From: Gemmatimonadota bacterium | Lineage (GTDB): Bacteria > Latescibacterota > UBA2968 > UBA8231 | Direction: 5' to 3' | Length of the DNA: 29,988 bases | Assembly (NCBI GenBank): GCA_038153405.1 | Contig: JAYOYH010000053.1 | Location: 1-29,988 of the forward strand | Shown: positions 9,239-17,884 of the stretch, piece by piece | Layout: the number at the start of each line of letters is the position of its first letter | Position numbering within the stretch: position 1 is the stretch's first letter | Notes under the pieces: model-generated | Seen by the model: only the letters and a program-made list of their open reading frames with translations | Told to the model about the DNA's origin: nothing | Database searches by the model: none | Position numbers and translations under genes: made by a program

Positions 9239-9414
9239 GCGCGCCCATATACGGGTCGCAAATCATGCACTTATACTGTTATAAGATTTTGTTTTTAATT
9301 GATTTGTAGTTTTATCTATGTCCTCCTGTACACGCCTGTAGCAGACCGCGCATTCGAGCGGCACAAACTTCCTGCCAAGGGAACTTATTTCCCCTTTGGC
9401 GCTGTGAGTCGGCG

Positions 9415-9957
9415 CTACAACTCGCTCACACTGCCCATGATTTCGGTGATGCGCACGCCGAAGTTTTCCGATACCGTTACGACTTCTCCGCGGGCGAAAA
9501 TCTTGCCGTTGACCAAAACATCGACCGGATCACCCACCTGTTTGTCGAGCTCGACAAGCGACTGTTCGCCGAGGTTGAGGACCTCTTCAAGCGTCTGCCG
9601 CGTTCGCCCTAGCTCAATTGTAACGCTCATATTTACATCCATTAGGCGAGCGATATTGGCCGGTATACCAGCCGCACCGCCGCTCGCACTGTTCCCCACC
9701 GCTGGCAGCCCGCCGGAAAAGTCCATGCCGCCGCCGCCCCCTTCGTCCTCCATGGCTTTGAGCATTTCCATTTCCATCATGCGGTCGACGTCTTCCTGTG
9801 AACCGCCCCCATCGCCGTCGCCCTCTTCCTCCATCATCTTCAACATCTCTTCGGCAAGCGGGTCGAGGTCCTCTCCTCCTTCGTTCTCATCGCCGCCGCC
9901 AATGGCATCGGCTAAGGCATCGAGTTCGTCTTCAGATACTTCGTCTTCTTCGGCCAT
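9415..9957 (-). CDS. fliN: Flagellar motor switch protein FliN with acidic N-terminal extension
   Basis: C-terminal SpoA domain NIARLMDVNMSVTIELGRT...VELDKQVGDPVDVLVNGKIFARGEVVTVSENFGVRITEI; start at MAEEDEV (9957) with GGAG RBS. Confidence 0.93.
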   Translation of the reverse strand: MAEEDEVSEDELDALADAIGGGDENEGGEDLDPLAEEMLKMMEEEGDGDGGGSQEDVDRMMEMEMLKAMEDEGGGGGMDFSGGLPAVGNSASGGAAGIPANIARLMDVNMSVTIELGRTRQTLEEVLNLGEQSLVELDKQVGDPVDVLVNGKIFARGEVVTVSENFGVRITEIMGSVSEL

Positions 9958-9999
9958 GATGGCTTTCTCCGCCTGTAGTTGGTCGCCCGATTGGCGCAC

Positions 10000-11052
10000 T
10001 TAATCCGTTATGATCGGCTTACTTTTGTTCTTGAAGATCACCTCGTTATCGGAATCGATGTACTCGGTAATCTGCACTGCGTTGTGGCGTCCTATACGAC
10101 CCGGCCGGCCGATATACTTGGGTTCGTCTTTCACGAAGATGACCGTCGGCTCACTTATGCGCGTATCCATGGTCAGCACGTCGCCGACTTGCAGGTCTTG
10201 CAGTGCACGAAACGTCGTCATGCCGCGCGCCAGTTCGGCGCGAATCGGCATATAGGTCTTTTCCAAACGCAGATTGTTCTGGCGCAGTAACTCCTCCTGA
10301 TTCATGCGATTGGTGCGCACGTAGGACGTCTGCTGCAGGCGCGGTAGAATCGATTCCAGCGTAAAAAATGGGTAGCACAGGCTGACCAGCCCCGATGCAT
10401 TGGTCGAATTGACTTCAAAGGCCAGGAGAATAACGATTTCCGAAGCCGCGGTGATCTGCATAAACTCCGGATTGGTCTCCAGCTCAATATCGGAGATCTC
10501 CACGCGCAAAATGGGCTCCCAAGTGGCTTCCAGATCCTCGATAACGCGCTTGACGATGCGGTTGATTACGCCGATTTCTATCTGCGATAACTGCCGGGCC
10601 TCCACACCCTGCGAAGAGCCCTTGCCACCGAAAATGCGATCGACAAAGGCGAAGACTACCGGCATGGCAAAGTCGATAATGGCCTGGCCATTGGTCGGCC
10701 CCAGCGTAAACTGGTAGGAGCACGAGGGATTGGACAGGCTCATGATAAACTCGGCATAGGTCGTCTGGTCGACGAAGGCGGTATCGACGTCGACGACCGC
10801 GCGCATGGCTCCGGAAAATGTCGACGAAAGCAGGCGCGCAAAGTTGTCGTGCAAGTTCTCGAGCGTGCGCAACTGGTCCTTGTTGACGCGCGCCGGATGC
10901 TTAAAATCATAGGGCGTTATGATGCGCTGTGAGGCCGCGTCGTCAAAATCCGCTCCTCCACCACCCAGATCGCCCGTTCCACCGCCATCCTCATCTCCGT
11001 CGGTAGCCGAAAGAAGGGCATCAATTTCTTCCTGTGAGAGTATATCGGCCAT
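10000..11052 (-). CDS. fliM: Flagellar motor switch protein FliM
   Basis: MADILSQEEIDALL CheY-binding motif, YDFKHPARVNKDQLRTL, GGKG FliG-binding motif, C-terminal SpoA domain. Confidence 0.96.
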   Translation of the reverse strand: MADILSQEEIDALLSATDGDEDGGGTGDLGGGGADFDDAASQRIITPYDFKHPARVNKDQLRTLENLHDNFARLLSSTFSGAMRAVVDVDTAFVDQTTYAEFIMSLSNPSCSYQFTLGPTNGQAIIDFAMPVVFAFVDRIFGGKGSSQGVEARQLSQIEIGVINRIVKRVIEDLEATWEPILRVEISDIELETNPEFMQITAASEIVILLAFEVNSTNASGLVSLCYPFFTLESILPRLQQTSYVRTNRMNQEELLRQNNLRLEKTYMPIRAELARGMTTFRALQDLQVGDVLTMDTRISEPTVIFVKDEPKYIGRPGRIGRHNAVQITEYIDSDNEVIFKNKSKPIITD

Positions 11053-11082
11053 CTGTAGCTCCTCAACGCCGCCGAAACGCCG

Positions 11083-11709
11083 TCACTGAATAATAATATC
11101 CGATATGTTTAGTTCGACGACGCGCACTTCTATTTTATTTTCATCGTCGACCTGAAAAAGCCGTTCGAATATCTCTTTGTTAATAATTTGGCGCAGTTGA
11201 TCTTCGATCTCGTCTTGGAACTGCGCGTCGAGCTCATCTACGGTCTTGCCGCGGATCGTGCGCATGATCAGCGATTTTATCTTCAAATCGTAGAGCGCAA
11301 TTTTTGCGATTACATCTTCCTGATGGGCCTCTTCGATATTGGCCGTAATATCGTTATCTGGCGGCGATTCTTCCGTATTATAGGCCTCCAAGCCCAGCTG
11401 CACGCTCAGCACGACAAAGCGCTCGGAGTTGGTGCCGGCGGGATTAGCCGTAATCGTCTTGAGGTTCTCCGACACATACAGATACGGCAGTCGGCTCTTT
11501 TCCTCTTCCTGGCCCTGGCGAATCTCGACCTTACCCTGTTCGGGGATGAGCGCCTCTTGCCCCTCGCCAGGCACGTTGTCCTTTAGCGTAAACTGTATTA
11601 CAACCCAAGCCAAAACTACCTGCGCCAGCAGCACAATGAGTGCCAAGGGACCGTACTTTTTCAGCACGCTTCCGCCGTCGCCGCCTTCTTCCGCTGCTTC
11701 TTCAGCCAT
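11083..11709 (-). CDS. fliL: Flagellar basal body-associated protein FliL
   Basis: Single N-terminal TM, ITANPAGT..RFVVLSVQL, C-terminal ELNISDIIIQ; lies between motB and fliM. Confidence 0.85.
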   Translation of the reverse strand: MAEEAAEEGGDGGSVLKKYGPLALIVLLAQVVLAWVVIQFTLKDNVPGEGQEALIPEQGKVEIRQGQEEEKSRLPYLYVSENLKTITANPAGTNSERFVVLSVQLGLEAYNTEESPPDNDITANIEEAHQEDVIAKIALYDLKIKSLIMRTIRGKTVDELDAQFQDEIEDQLRQIINKEIFERLFQVDDENKIEVRVVELNISDIIIQ

Positions 11710-11719
11710 AGTTTCCTTC

Positions 11720-12502
11720 CTATTCCTCTTCGCCTTCCACGCCTATTTGCGCTTCCTGCAAGAGTTGCCTAACCAGTTCGGGCGACGATTCTTCGCTGTC
11801 CTGACGGTGGCGCACCTTTATTTCGACGCGTCGATTCGCCGCACGGTGCTCATCGCTGTCGTTGTTCAAAAGTGGCTTAAACTCGCCGTGGCCGATCGCC
11901 GTCATGCGCTCAGCGCCGATGCCGACCTCGTTTTGAAATACGTCGAGGACGCCCAACGCACGCGCGCTCGACAGCCAGTGGTTGCTGGGAAATTCCTCGT
12001 TTTTAATCGGTAAATCGTCGGTATGCCCCTCTATTTCAACGGGGTTGGGCAAGCGGGCCAGCACGCCGCCAATTTTGTTTAGTAGGGGCAGGATATCGGC
12101 TTTGATATCCGCCTTGCCGCTGGCAAAGACGGCGTTGTCCTTTATGCGAATGGTAATGCCATCTTTCGATTCGATAATTTCCACGTTTTCCTGCTGCCCC
12201 TCCGCTTCGACCTGCTTTTCGATTTCCGCCTTGGCGTCTTTGAGCGTCGGACGTGCCTCGGTGATGTCGCCGCGCACGATGGGCACGTGCAGCTTGACGG
12301 GCGATGTCAGAATGGGATCGCCGGCCAGCACCCCCAGAGCGCCCTGCAGTGAGCCCACAGCTTTCTCAAAATCGGACTGCTTGGTCGTAGAGAACGAGAG
12401 CAGCAAAATAAAGAAGGTCAGCAACAGCGACATCAAATCGCTAAAGGTTGCCAGCCAACCAGGCAGACCCTTGGGACATTCCGGGCATTTTTGCTTGGCC
12501 AT
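11720..12502 (-). CDS. motB: Flagellar stator B subunit (MotB/PomB family, OmpA-like PG-binding domain)
   Basis: WLATFSDLMSLLLTFFILLLSFS TM with the conserved Asp; IEGHTDD, SNHWLSSARA and NRRVEI OmpA motifs. Confidence 0.95.
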   Translation of the reverse strand: MAKQKCPECPKGLPGWLATFSDLMSLLLTFFILLLSFSTTKQSDFEKAVGSLQGALGVLAGDPILTSPVKLHVPIVRGDITEARPTLKDAKAEIEKQVEAEGQQENVEIIESKDGITIRIKDNAVFASGKADIKADILPLLNKIGGVLARLPNPVEIEGHTDDLPIKNEEFPSNHWLSSARALGVLDVFQNEVGIGAERMTAIGHGEFKPLLNNDSDEHRAANRRVEIKVRHRQDSEESSPELVRQLLQEAQIGVEGEEE

Positions 12503-12505
12503 GCG

Positions 12506-13276
12506 CTACTCTCCGCCGCTTCCCTCTTCGCCAGACGGACGCATCGACGGCGGCAAAAACACCGAGAGCTTGGCTTCGACGATGCGCGGGTTGTCGCCCT
12601 GCTGAATCGCCATAATACCCTCGATAATCATCTGCTTGGAGAGGATCTCTTTTTTCGAATAGGTCTTTAGTTTAGCGGCAACTGGATCCAGTAACACGTT
12701 GGCCAATATAGAACCGTAGAGCGTCGTCAACAGGGCAATGGCCATACCTGGACCAATGGCGGCCGGATCGTCCATGTTCTTGAGCATGATCACCAGACCC
12801 ACTAGGGTGCCAATCATGCCAAACGCCGGTGCCGTAGTCGCCATGCGCGAGATGATCTCTCCACCCGCGTTGTGGCGCTCTTCGATATAGCGCAGCTCGG
12901 TCTCGAGGATATCCATGATGAGATCGGGCTCAGTGCCGTCAACAGCCAGGCGAATACCGCCGCTGAGAAAGGCATCGTCGGCCTCTTCAACCGCCTGTTC
13001 AAGGGCCAAAATACCCTCGCGACGCGCCGTCTCGGCAAAGCCTACAATTTTCTCTATGAGTTCGTTGGGCGACGAAGCCGACGTCTTTATCGACTTCATA
13101 TAGACGCCAACCAAACCGATGACCTCGGGCAGCGGGTTGGCTATCAGCGTTGCACCGATCGTTCCCCCGACGACCATGATGGCCGACTGCGTATCGATAA
13201 AGGCCGTTACATCGCCCATGCCAATGAGGATCAGGGTAAGGGCCGAAACAATTCCTATAATAGTTGCTATATCCAT
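12506..13276 (-). CDS. motA: Flagellar stator A subunit (MotA/PomA family)
   Basis: MDIATIIG, ARREGILALE, APAFGMIGTLVGLV, IGPGMAIALLTTLYG, IQQGDNPR. Confidence 0.96.
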   Translation of the reverse strand: MDIATIIGIVSALTLILIGMGDVTAFIDTQSAIMVVGGTIGATLIANPLPEVIGLVGVYMKSIKTSASSPNELIEKIVGFAETARREGILALEQAVEEADDAFLSGGIRLAVDGTEPDLIMDILETELRYIEERHNAGGEIISRMATTAPAFGMIGTLVGLVIMLKNMDDPAAIGPGMAIALLTTLYGSILANVLLDPVAAKLKTYSKKEILSKQMIIEGIMAIQQGDNPRIVEAKLSVFLPPSMRPSGEEGSGGE

Positions 13277-13290
13277 TATGCACTCGGTCC

Positions 13291-13494
13291 CTATGAAGTT
13301 CCGCTAAACAGAGGCTCGTTGCACGATCGCTTGTATTCAACGACTCGATTAATAATCAAATCGACAGGCTCTGTAACCATGACTTTTTTACCGGAAACCA
13401 GCGAAATCAGTGTATCGGGCGTCTCTTCGACAAACTCGATCATATCGGCATTAATGACGACTTCGTTCTGGTTAAGACGGGTCAGCTTGATCAT
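13291..13494 (-). CDS. flbD: Flagellar FlbD/SwrD family protein
   Basis: MIKLTRLNQNEVVINADMIEFVEETPDTLISLVSGKKVMVTE pattern; canonical flgE-flbD-motA position; GAGG RBS. Confidence 0.9.
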   Translation of the reverse strand: MIKLTRLNQNEVVINADMIEFVEETPDTLISLVSGKKVMVTEPVDLIINRVVEYKRSCNEPLFSGTS

Positions 13495-13545
13495 AGTAGC
13501 ACCTCGGCCTCAGTAGGTATTTAGCGGTTATGAGTCAAATATAAC

Positions 13546-15519
13546 TTACCGCTTTAAATTGACCACTTCGGTCAACAATTCGTCCGAGGTGGTAATACTG
13601 CGCGCACTAGCCTGAAAACCGCGCTGCGTGACAATCATGTTGGTAAATTCGGCGGCTAGGTCCACATTTGACATTTCCACCTGGCCAGAGCGAATGCTGC
13701 CCTGTACGGTGCTCTCGGCCGCACCGATTACGGCCTCGCCAGACGCCTCGGACTGAACGAACATATTGCTGCCCATCCGCATCAGGCCATCGGCGTTGCC
13801 AAACGATGCCAGTGATACGCGTCCCATATTTTCCGACGTGCCGTTGCTAAACAAGCCGACGATATTGCCATCGGGCTGAAAATTGACGGAAATGAGCGAT
13901 CCCGATGCGCGCCCGTTTTGCTCGCGTACCGATGCGGAAGACGACGCGACAAACTGCGTTAATCCGCCCAACCGATCCGTGCTATCGGCGCCGACGTCAA
14001 TGCGCATCAGCGGCGTGCCTTCGCCGGGCTGAAAGACGATGGGCGATTGATCGGCCGATTCGAAAGAGCGCAGCGTACCGTCCTCGTTAAATATGACTTT
14101 GCCGTTATTGCCAGCCTGCGGCGTCAGACCATCTACCGTAGCAACCCAGTTCCACTCGTTGTCGACAACGCTGCGGGTAAAGTTTAAGGTCAGAGAGTGG
14201 GCGTTCCCTTTCTCGTCAAAGACCTGGGTATTGGTGCTGAACTCGTAGGGCGGCTCGTCGCCATAAATACCCGAGCCCACGCCCGAATCGAGCAGCGTGA
14301 GATTGACGTCAAACCCGACGATGCGGTCTTGGGTAATGGCGTCCGTGAGAATGAGTTGGCCGGTATCGGGATCGAGTCCCGCGTCAACGCCGCCGTAGAT
14401 ATTGCTCACCGCCGTCAGCAACTGTTCGACCGTATCACTGACCCCGGTCTCGAACGTAAAACGCCCGTCAAAGCGTTCGCCGTTGGGCTTGACTCCGGTA
14501 AAGCGGATAACGTCGCCGTCAGTGATATCGGCACCGACGTTGGCAAGGTTATTTATCAAGTCGATATCGGATGCCTTTTCGCCCACTTGGGAAGCATCGG
14601 CGGTAAAGCCCAAACGCGAAGCGACATTCACGGCGGGATCGGCATTGTCGACTTTGACTGACACCTGATCGCCGCCCTCAACCGTGCGTAGGATAAGTTC
14701 ACCCAGCTCGTTGGTTTTAAATAGAATGTTGTTTTTCAATGCACCGTTAATGCTGATCTGCGAGTTCAGCTCGGCAATCAGCTCGAGGCGATCGGCGTAC
14801 GACTTGGCCGGTATATTGAGGGTGCTTTCCGTAATCTCTCCGCCAGACGTAATCGTCACCTTTAACCCCGCTTCGTTCAAGTCCGTCAGGTCGAGCGGAA
14901 AAGTGGGATTGGGACTGCTAGTTAGGCGCGCTGGCAGACCAAAGAGCGTCCTGCCGGTCCACACCGGGGCACCCATATCGCTGCCGCTGGCATCGAGATT
15001 ACCCGATAGGCGGATACTGGTCGTAGACACCGCCTCCGACTCGCGATCAAGCGGTATAATGATGTCCTCCACTTCCGACTTGAAGGTGCCGTCGGCGTTG
15101 GCCAGGTTGCCCTGCACGACAAAGCCACTGCCCGGATCGTAGAGCCTGCCATTGACGTCAAAGGCAAAGGTTCCATCGCGCGAAAAGAGGCGCTGGTTGC
15201 CGTCGCTGACGATAAAATAACCGTCGCCGTCCACGGCCAAGTCGGTCTCAATGCCCGTAGTCTGCAGCGTACCCTGCTGTTGAATGGTATCGATGCTGCT
15301 CACGCCCACGCCCAGACCGAACTGGCTCGGGTTTGTAGCGGCAATCTGCGCGCGCTGTGGACCGCCTCCGTAGAGCGTCTTACTCATGACGTCGGCAAAG
15401 TTGGCACGTTCACCCTTATACCCAGTCGTATTGACGTTGGCGATGTTATTGCTGATGACATTCATGCGCGTTTGATGGCTGCTCACGCCCGTAATGCCGA
15501 TGTAAATCGAATCCAGCAT
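13546..15519 (-). CDS. flgE: Flagellar hook protein FlgE (long form, about 657 aa)
   Basis: MNVISNNIANVNTTGYK, TDLAVDGDGYF and EMSNVDLAAEFTNMIVTQRGFQASAR motifs; start at MLDSIY (15519) with AGGAG RBS. Confidence 0.96.
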   Translation of the reverse strand: MLDSIYIGITGVSSHQTRMNVISNNIANVNTTGYKGERANFADVMSKTLYGGGPQRAQIAATNPSQFGLGVGVSSIDTIQQQGTLQTTGIETDLAVDGDGYFIVSDGNQRLFSRDGTFAFDVNGRLYDPGSGFVVQGNLANADGTFKSEVEDIIIPLDRESEAVSTTSIRLSGNLDASGSDMGAPVWTGRTLFGLPARLTSSPNPTFPLDLTDLNEAGLKVTITSGGEITESTLNIPAKSYADRLELIAELNSQISINGALKNNILFKTNELGELILRTVEGGDQVSVKVDNADPAVNVASRLGFTADASQVGEKASDIDLINNLANVGADITDGDVIRFTGVKPNGERFDGRFTFETGVSDTVEQLLTAVSNIYGGVDAGLDPDTGQLILTDAITQDRIVGFDVNLTLLDSGVGSGIYGDEPPYEFSTNTQVFDEKGNAHSLTLNFTRSVVDNEWNWVATVDGLTPQAGNNGKVIFNEDGTLRSFESADQSPIVFQPGEGTPLMRIDVGADSTDRLGGLTQFVASSSASVREQNGRASGSLISVNFQPDGNIVGLFSNGTSENMGRVSLASFGNADGLMRMGSNMFVQSEASGEAVIGAAESTVQGSIRSGQVEMSNVDLAAEFTNMIVTQRGFQASARSITTSDELLTEVVNLKR

Positions 15520-15650
15520 ATTCCCTGCTCCTATACCTGCCAACGCAGTTGGCTAGTGGGTAGGTTAACGCCCATCCGGAGCACACCTCCCATTGCCGCG
15601 CACCCCATCCCATGGGCCGCGCTCGACGCCTAGTCGCGTCCAATTTTTAT

Positions 15651-16325
15651 TTAATTCGATCCTGCCAACACGCCGCGCACGTCGCTCAGTGTAAGTTCGC
15701 GCCCGCCCGCCCATAGATAGGATTCCCCTTCTCCGTAGCGGACGGCTTCGACGCGCACGCGCTGAAGCGCCTCAGCTGCCACCGGCGCGCCGCCGATGCC
15801 CTCGGCCGATACCACCACGCGGTAGGCCCCTTCGGGCACGCGATTTCCCGCTTCGCTCTTACCGTCCCATTCGACGCTGCCGTGTTTCTGGGAAAGGTCG
15901 AGATCAAACTGCCGCACGAGTTGGCCGCGCGCGTCGAGCACACTCAGCGTCGCTTGGCGCGCACCTGGCCCCATGCCGTAGTTGATTTCCGTTGTATCAC
16001 CGTAGAATGCGACCTGAGTCGTTGCGACTTCGACGTCCTTGCCCACTAGCGAAGTAACTAAATTGTTAGAGAAAGCCGTCTGCAATCCGCTCTCGCTGCT
16101 CTGGTTACTCGTCAGTGTCTGGTTGATATTCTGCAGCTGCTCGAGTGAAGTAAACTGCGCCATTTGCGCGATAAACTCGGTATTTTCTAGCGGATTAAGC
16201 GGATCCTGATAGCGCAGCTGCATGGTTAGCAACTGCAAGAAGTCGTCTTTACCCAGTTGCGCACGCTGCGCATCTGCCCCGTTGGATGGGGCCTTCTGCG
16301 GGTTGGTGATGCTGCTAATGTTCAT
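15651..16325 (-). CDS. flgD: Flagellar hook capping protein FlgD
   Basis: [40 protein letters not shown]; Ig-domain WDGK...VPEGAY. Confidence 0.96.
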   Translation of the reverse strand: MNISSITNPQKAPSNGADAQRAQLGKDDFLQLLTMQLRYQDPLNPLENTEFIAQMAQFTSLEQLQNINQTLTSNQSSESGLQTAFSNNLVTSLVGKDVEVATTQVAFYGDTTEINYGMGPGARQATLSVLDARGQLVRQFDLDLSQKHGSVEWDGKSEAGNRVPEGAYRVVVSAEGIGGAPVAAEALQRVRVEAVRYGEGESYLWAGGRELTLSDVRGVLAGSN

Positions 16326-16343
16326 ACCTAACCTATTTCCTTT

Positions 16344-17402
16344 TTATGCCGTGAAATCCACGTCGCCGCTATCGGGCCTGCGCACTGGGGTCGGGATCGA
16401 CGTTGTTTCCGCTGGCCCCTCCCGCATACCGTTCCCATTGGCCCGTGCATGGGCCGCCTCCTCCTGATCATCGCCCCGCTCGGTAAAAGCCGAGTGATCG
16501 CCAACATCGACGCTAAACCCCTGTAGATCCAATCCCTCTTGGGCCAGTGCTGCGCGCAGCCGACCTACGTGCTGTTCGAGCAAGTGTTTAACTTCGGGGT
16601 TAGTCACCACGAACTCGCCGCGCACCGCCGCCTCGGTCGTGCGCACTCTCAGCTCGATTTCACCCAGATCGGCCGGCTGCAACTGCAGTCGCATCTCAGC
16701 TCCGCCGCCGCGCACCAGCGCGGCCACGCTGCGTATAACCTGTGGCAGCACACTCTCGGCGAGCTCTTCCATCACGGGCGCTTGACTGCCCGCGGCCTGA
16801 ACAATGCGCGTCACGATTTGCTCCGTTCCCTTTTCAACCGTCAGATCGGGATCCATCAGTTCGACTACGTTGAGCAACTCCAACGGATCGTCTGCTGGAA
16901 CGACCGGCACCCCGTTCACAGCGGTCGGCACTTCCACTTCCGCTGCGTCGAGTTCCACTCCATCCAAGTCGATATCTTCGACTTCGACATCGCCTGTCGG
17001 CGCTTTCACTTCTTGCCAAGCGGGAGCGTCCTCATCGATGGCGATGCTCTCCTCGACATCCTCTTCTTCTACATTCTGCTGCATTCCCCGCTGGGCCAAC
17101 AGAGCCGCTGCGGCGCCCGACTCGGCATTTTCTTCCCCTTCCTGCTCACCCTTTTGCGCCGAATCGCCTTCGTCATCGGGCGCTTCAGCCGCCTGATCTG
17201 CCCTTACTTTGCGATCGGCCCTCTCGCCCACGCCGTCGGCAGGCTTAGCAGATGGAGCAGGTGGCGCCGGGGCAACCTGCTCTTGCTCCGCCTGCTGTAG
17301 GATGCCAGCAAAATCCAAACCAAACGACGCCCCTTTGCCCGAGCTCGACGATATTTTGTCTGCAACAGGCATCACCGATCTACCGCCCACCAATTCAAAC
17401 AT
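16344..17402 (-). CDS. fliK: Flagellar hook-length control protein FliK
   Basis: Low-complexity acidic N-terminal region plus FliK_C domain MRLQLQPADLGEIELRV...LRAALAQEGLDL; ends GDVDFTA; start probably ATG 17402 (GAGGAG RBS, 8-nt overlap with fliJ). Confidence 0.9.
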   Translation of the reverse strand: MFELVGGRSVMPVADKISSSSGKGASFGLDFAGILQQAEQEQVAPAPPAPSAKPADGVGERADRKVRADQAAEAPDDEGDSAQKGEQEGEENAESGAAAALLAQRGMQQNVEEEDVEESIAIDEDAPAWQEVKAPTGDVEVEDIDLDGVELDAAEVEVPTAVNGVPVVPADDPLELLNVVELMDPDLTVEKGTEQIVTRIVQAAGSQAPVMEELAESVLPQVIRSVAALVRGGGAEMRLQLQPADLGEIELRVRTTEAAVRGEFVVTNPEVKHLLEQHVGRLRAALAQEGLDLQGFSVDVGDHSAFTERGDDQEEAAHARANGNGMREGPAETTSIPTPVRRPDSGDVDFTA

Positions 17403-17880
17403 GTCCGCGCTCCTCTGCATCCAACTCGGCGCGCTCGATCCCTCGTCGCGCGTAGAGTTGCTCTCCAATTTCGTCCAGTTGAATCCGTTCCTGGCGATTG
17501 GCTTCGCGCCGATGCGCTTCCTCGGCGCGCTCTTTTAACACTTCGTACACGCGGCGTTCTCGCGTCGCCTCCGACAGTTTCTGCCGCTTGTTATATGCTA
17601 TGGCTTCAATTTGTTGCACGTGCTGCTGCTGCTCGCCGATTTCTCGATCCAAGCGTTGGCTATAGCTCGCGCCAATGCCCAGCAGCGCCGCATCAACGCG
17701 CTGTGCAGCGGAAAATTCACCCATATATCGATAGGCATTTTGAGTCGAGCGCATAGCCTCGAGTTGTTCGACCTCGCGGTTTAGGGCAGCCAGCACCTCG
17801 CCTAACTCTGCACGGCGCGCATCTTCTATACGCTCCTTGATTTCCAAAATGCGCTGAAAGCGAAAGGTAAAACGCTGCAC
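17395..17880 (-). CDS. fliJ: Flagellar export chaperone escort FliJ
   Basis: MQRFTFRFQRILEIKERIED N-terminus, coiled-coil character, ERIQLDE C-terminal motif; directly after fliI. Confidence 0.92.
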   Translation of the reverse strand: MQRFTFRFQRILEIKERIEDARRAELGEVLAALNREVEQLEAMRSTQNAYRYMGEFSAAQRVDAALLGIGASYSQRLDREIGEQQQHVQQIEAIAYNKRQKLSEATRERRVYEVLKERAEEAHRREANRQERIQLDEIGEQLYARRGIERAELDAEERGHV

Positions 17881-17884
17881 GTTA

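Noticed and set aside
13495..13545. Possible sigma-28 (TAAA...GCCGAGGT) or sigma-70 (TTGACT) promoter before flbD-motA
   Set aside because: TAAA-to-GCCGA spacing is 11 rather than about 15 nt, GAGG is explained as the RBS, and there is no good -10 at 17 nt from TTGACT.
15446..15643. 65-aa ORF spanning the flgD-flgE spacer (position of a small flagellar operon gene in some taxa)
   Set aside because: Overlaps flgE out of frame by over 70 nt, has no RBS and has an implausible composition.
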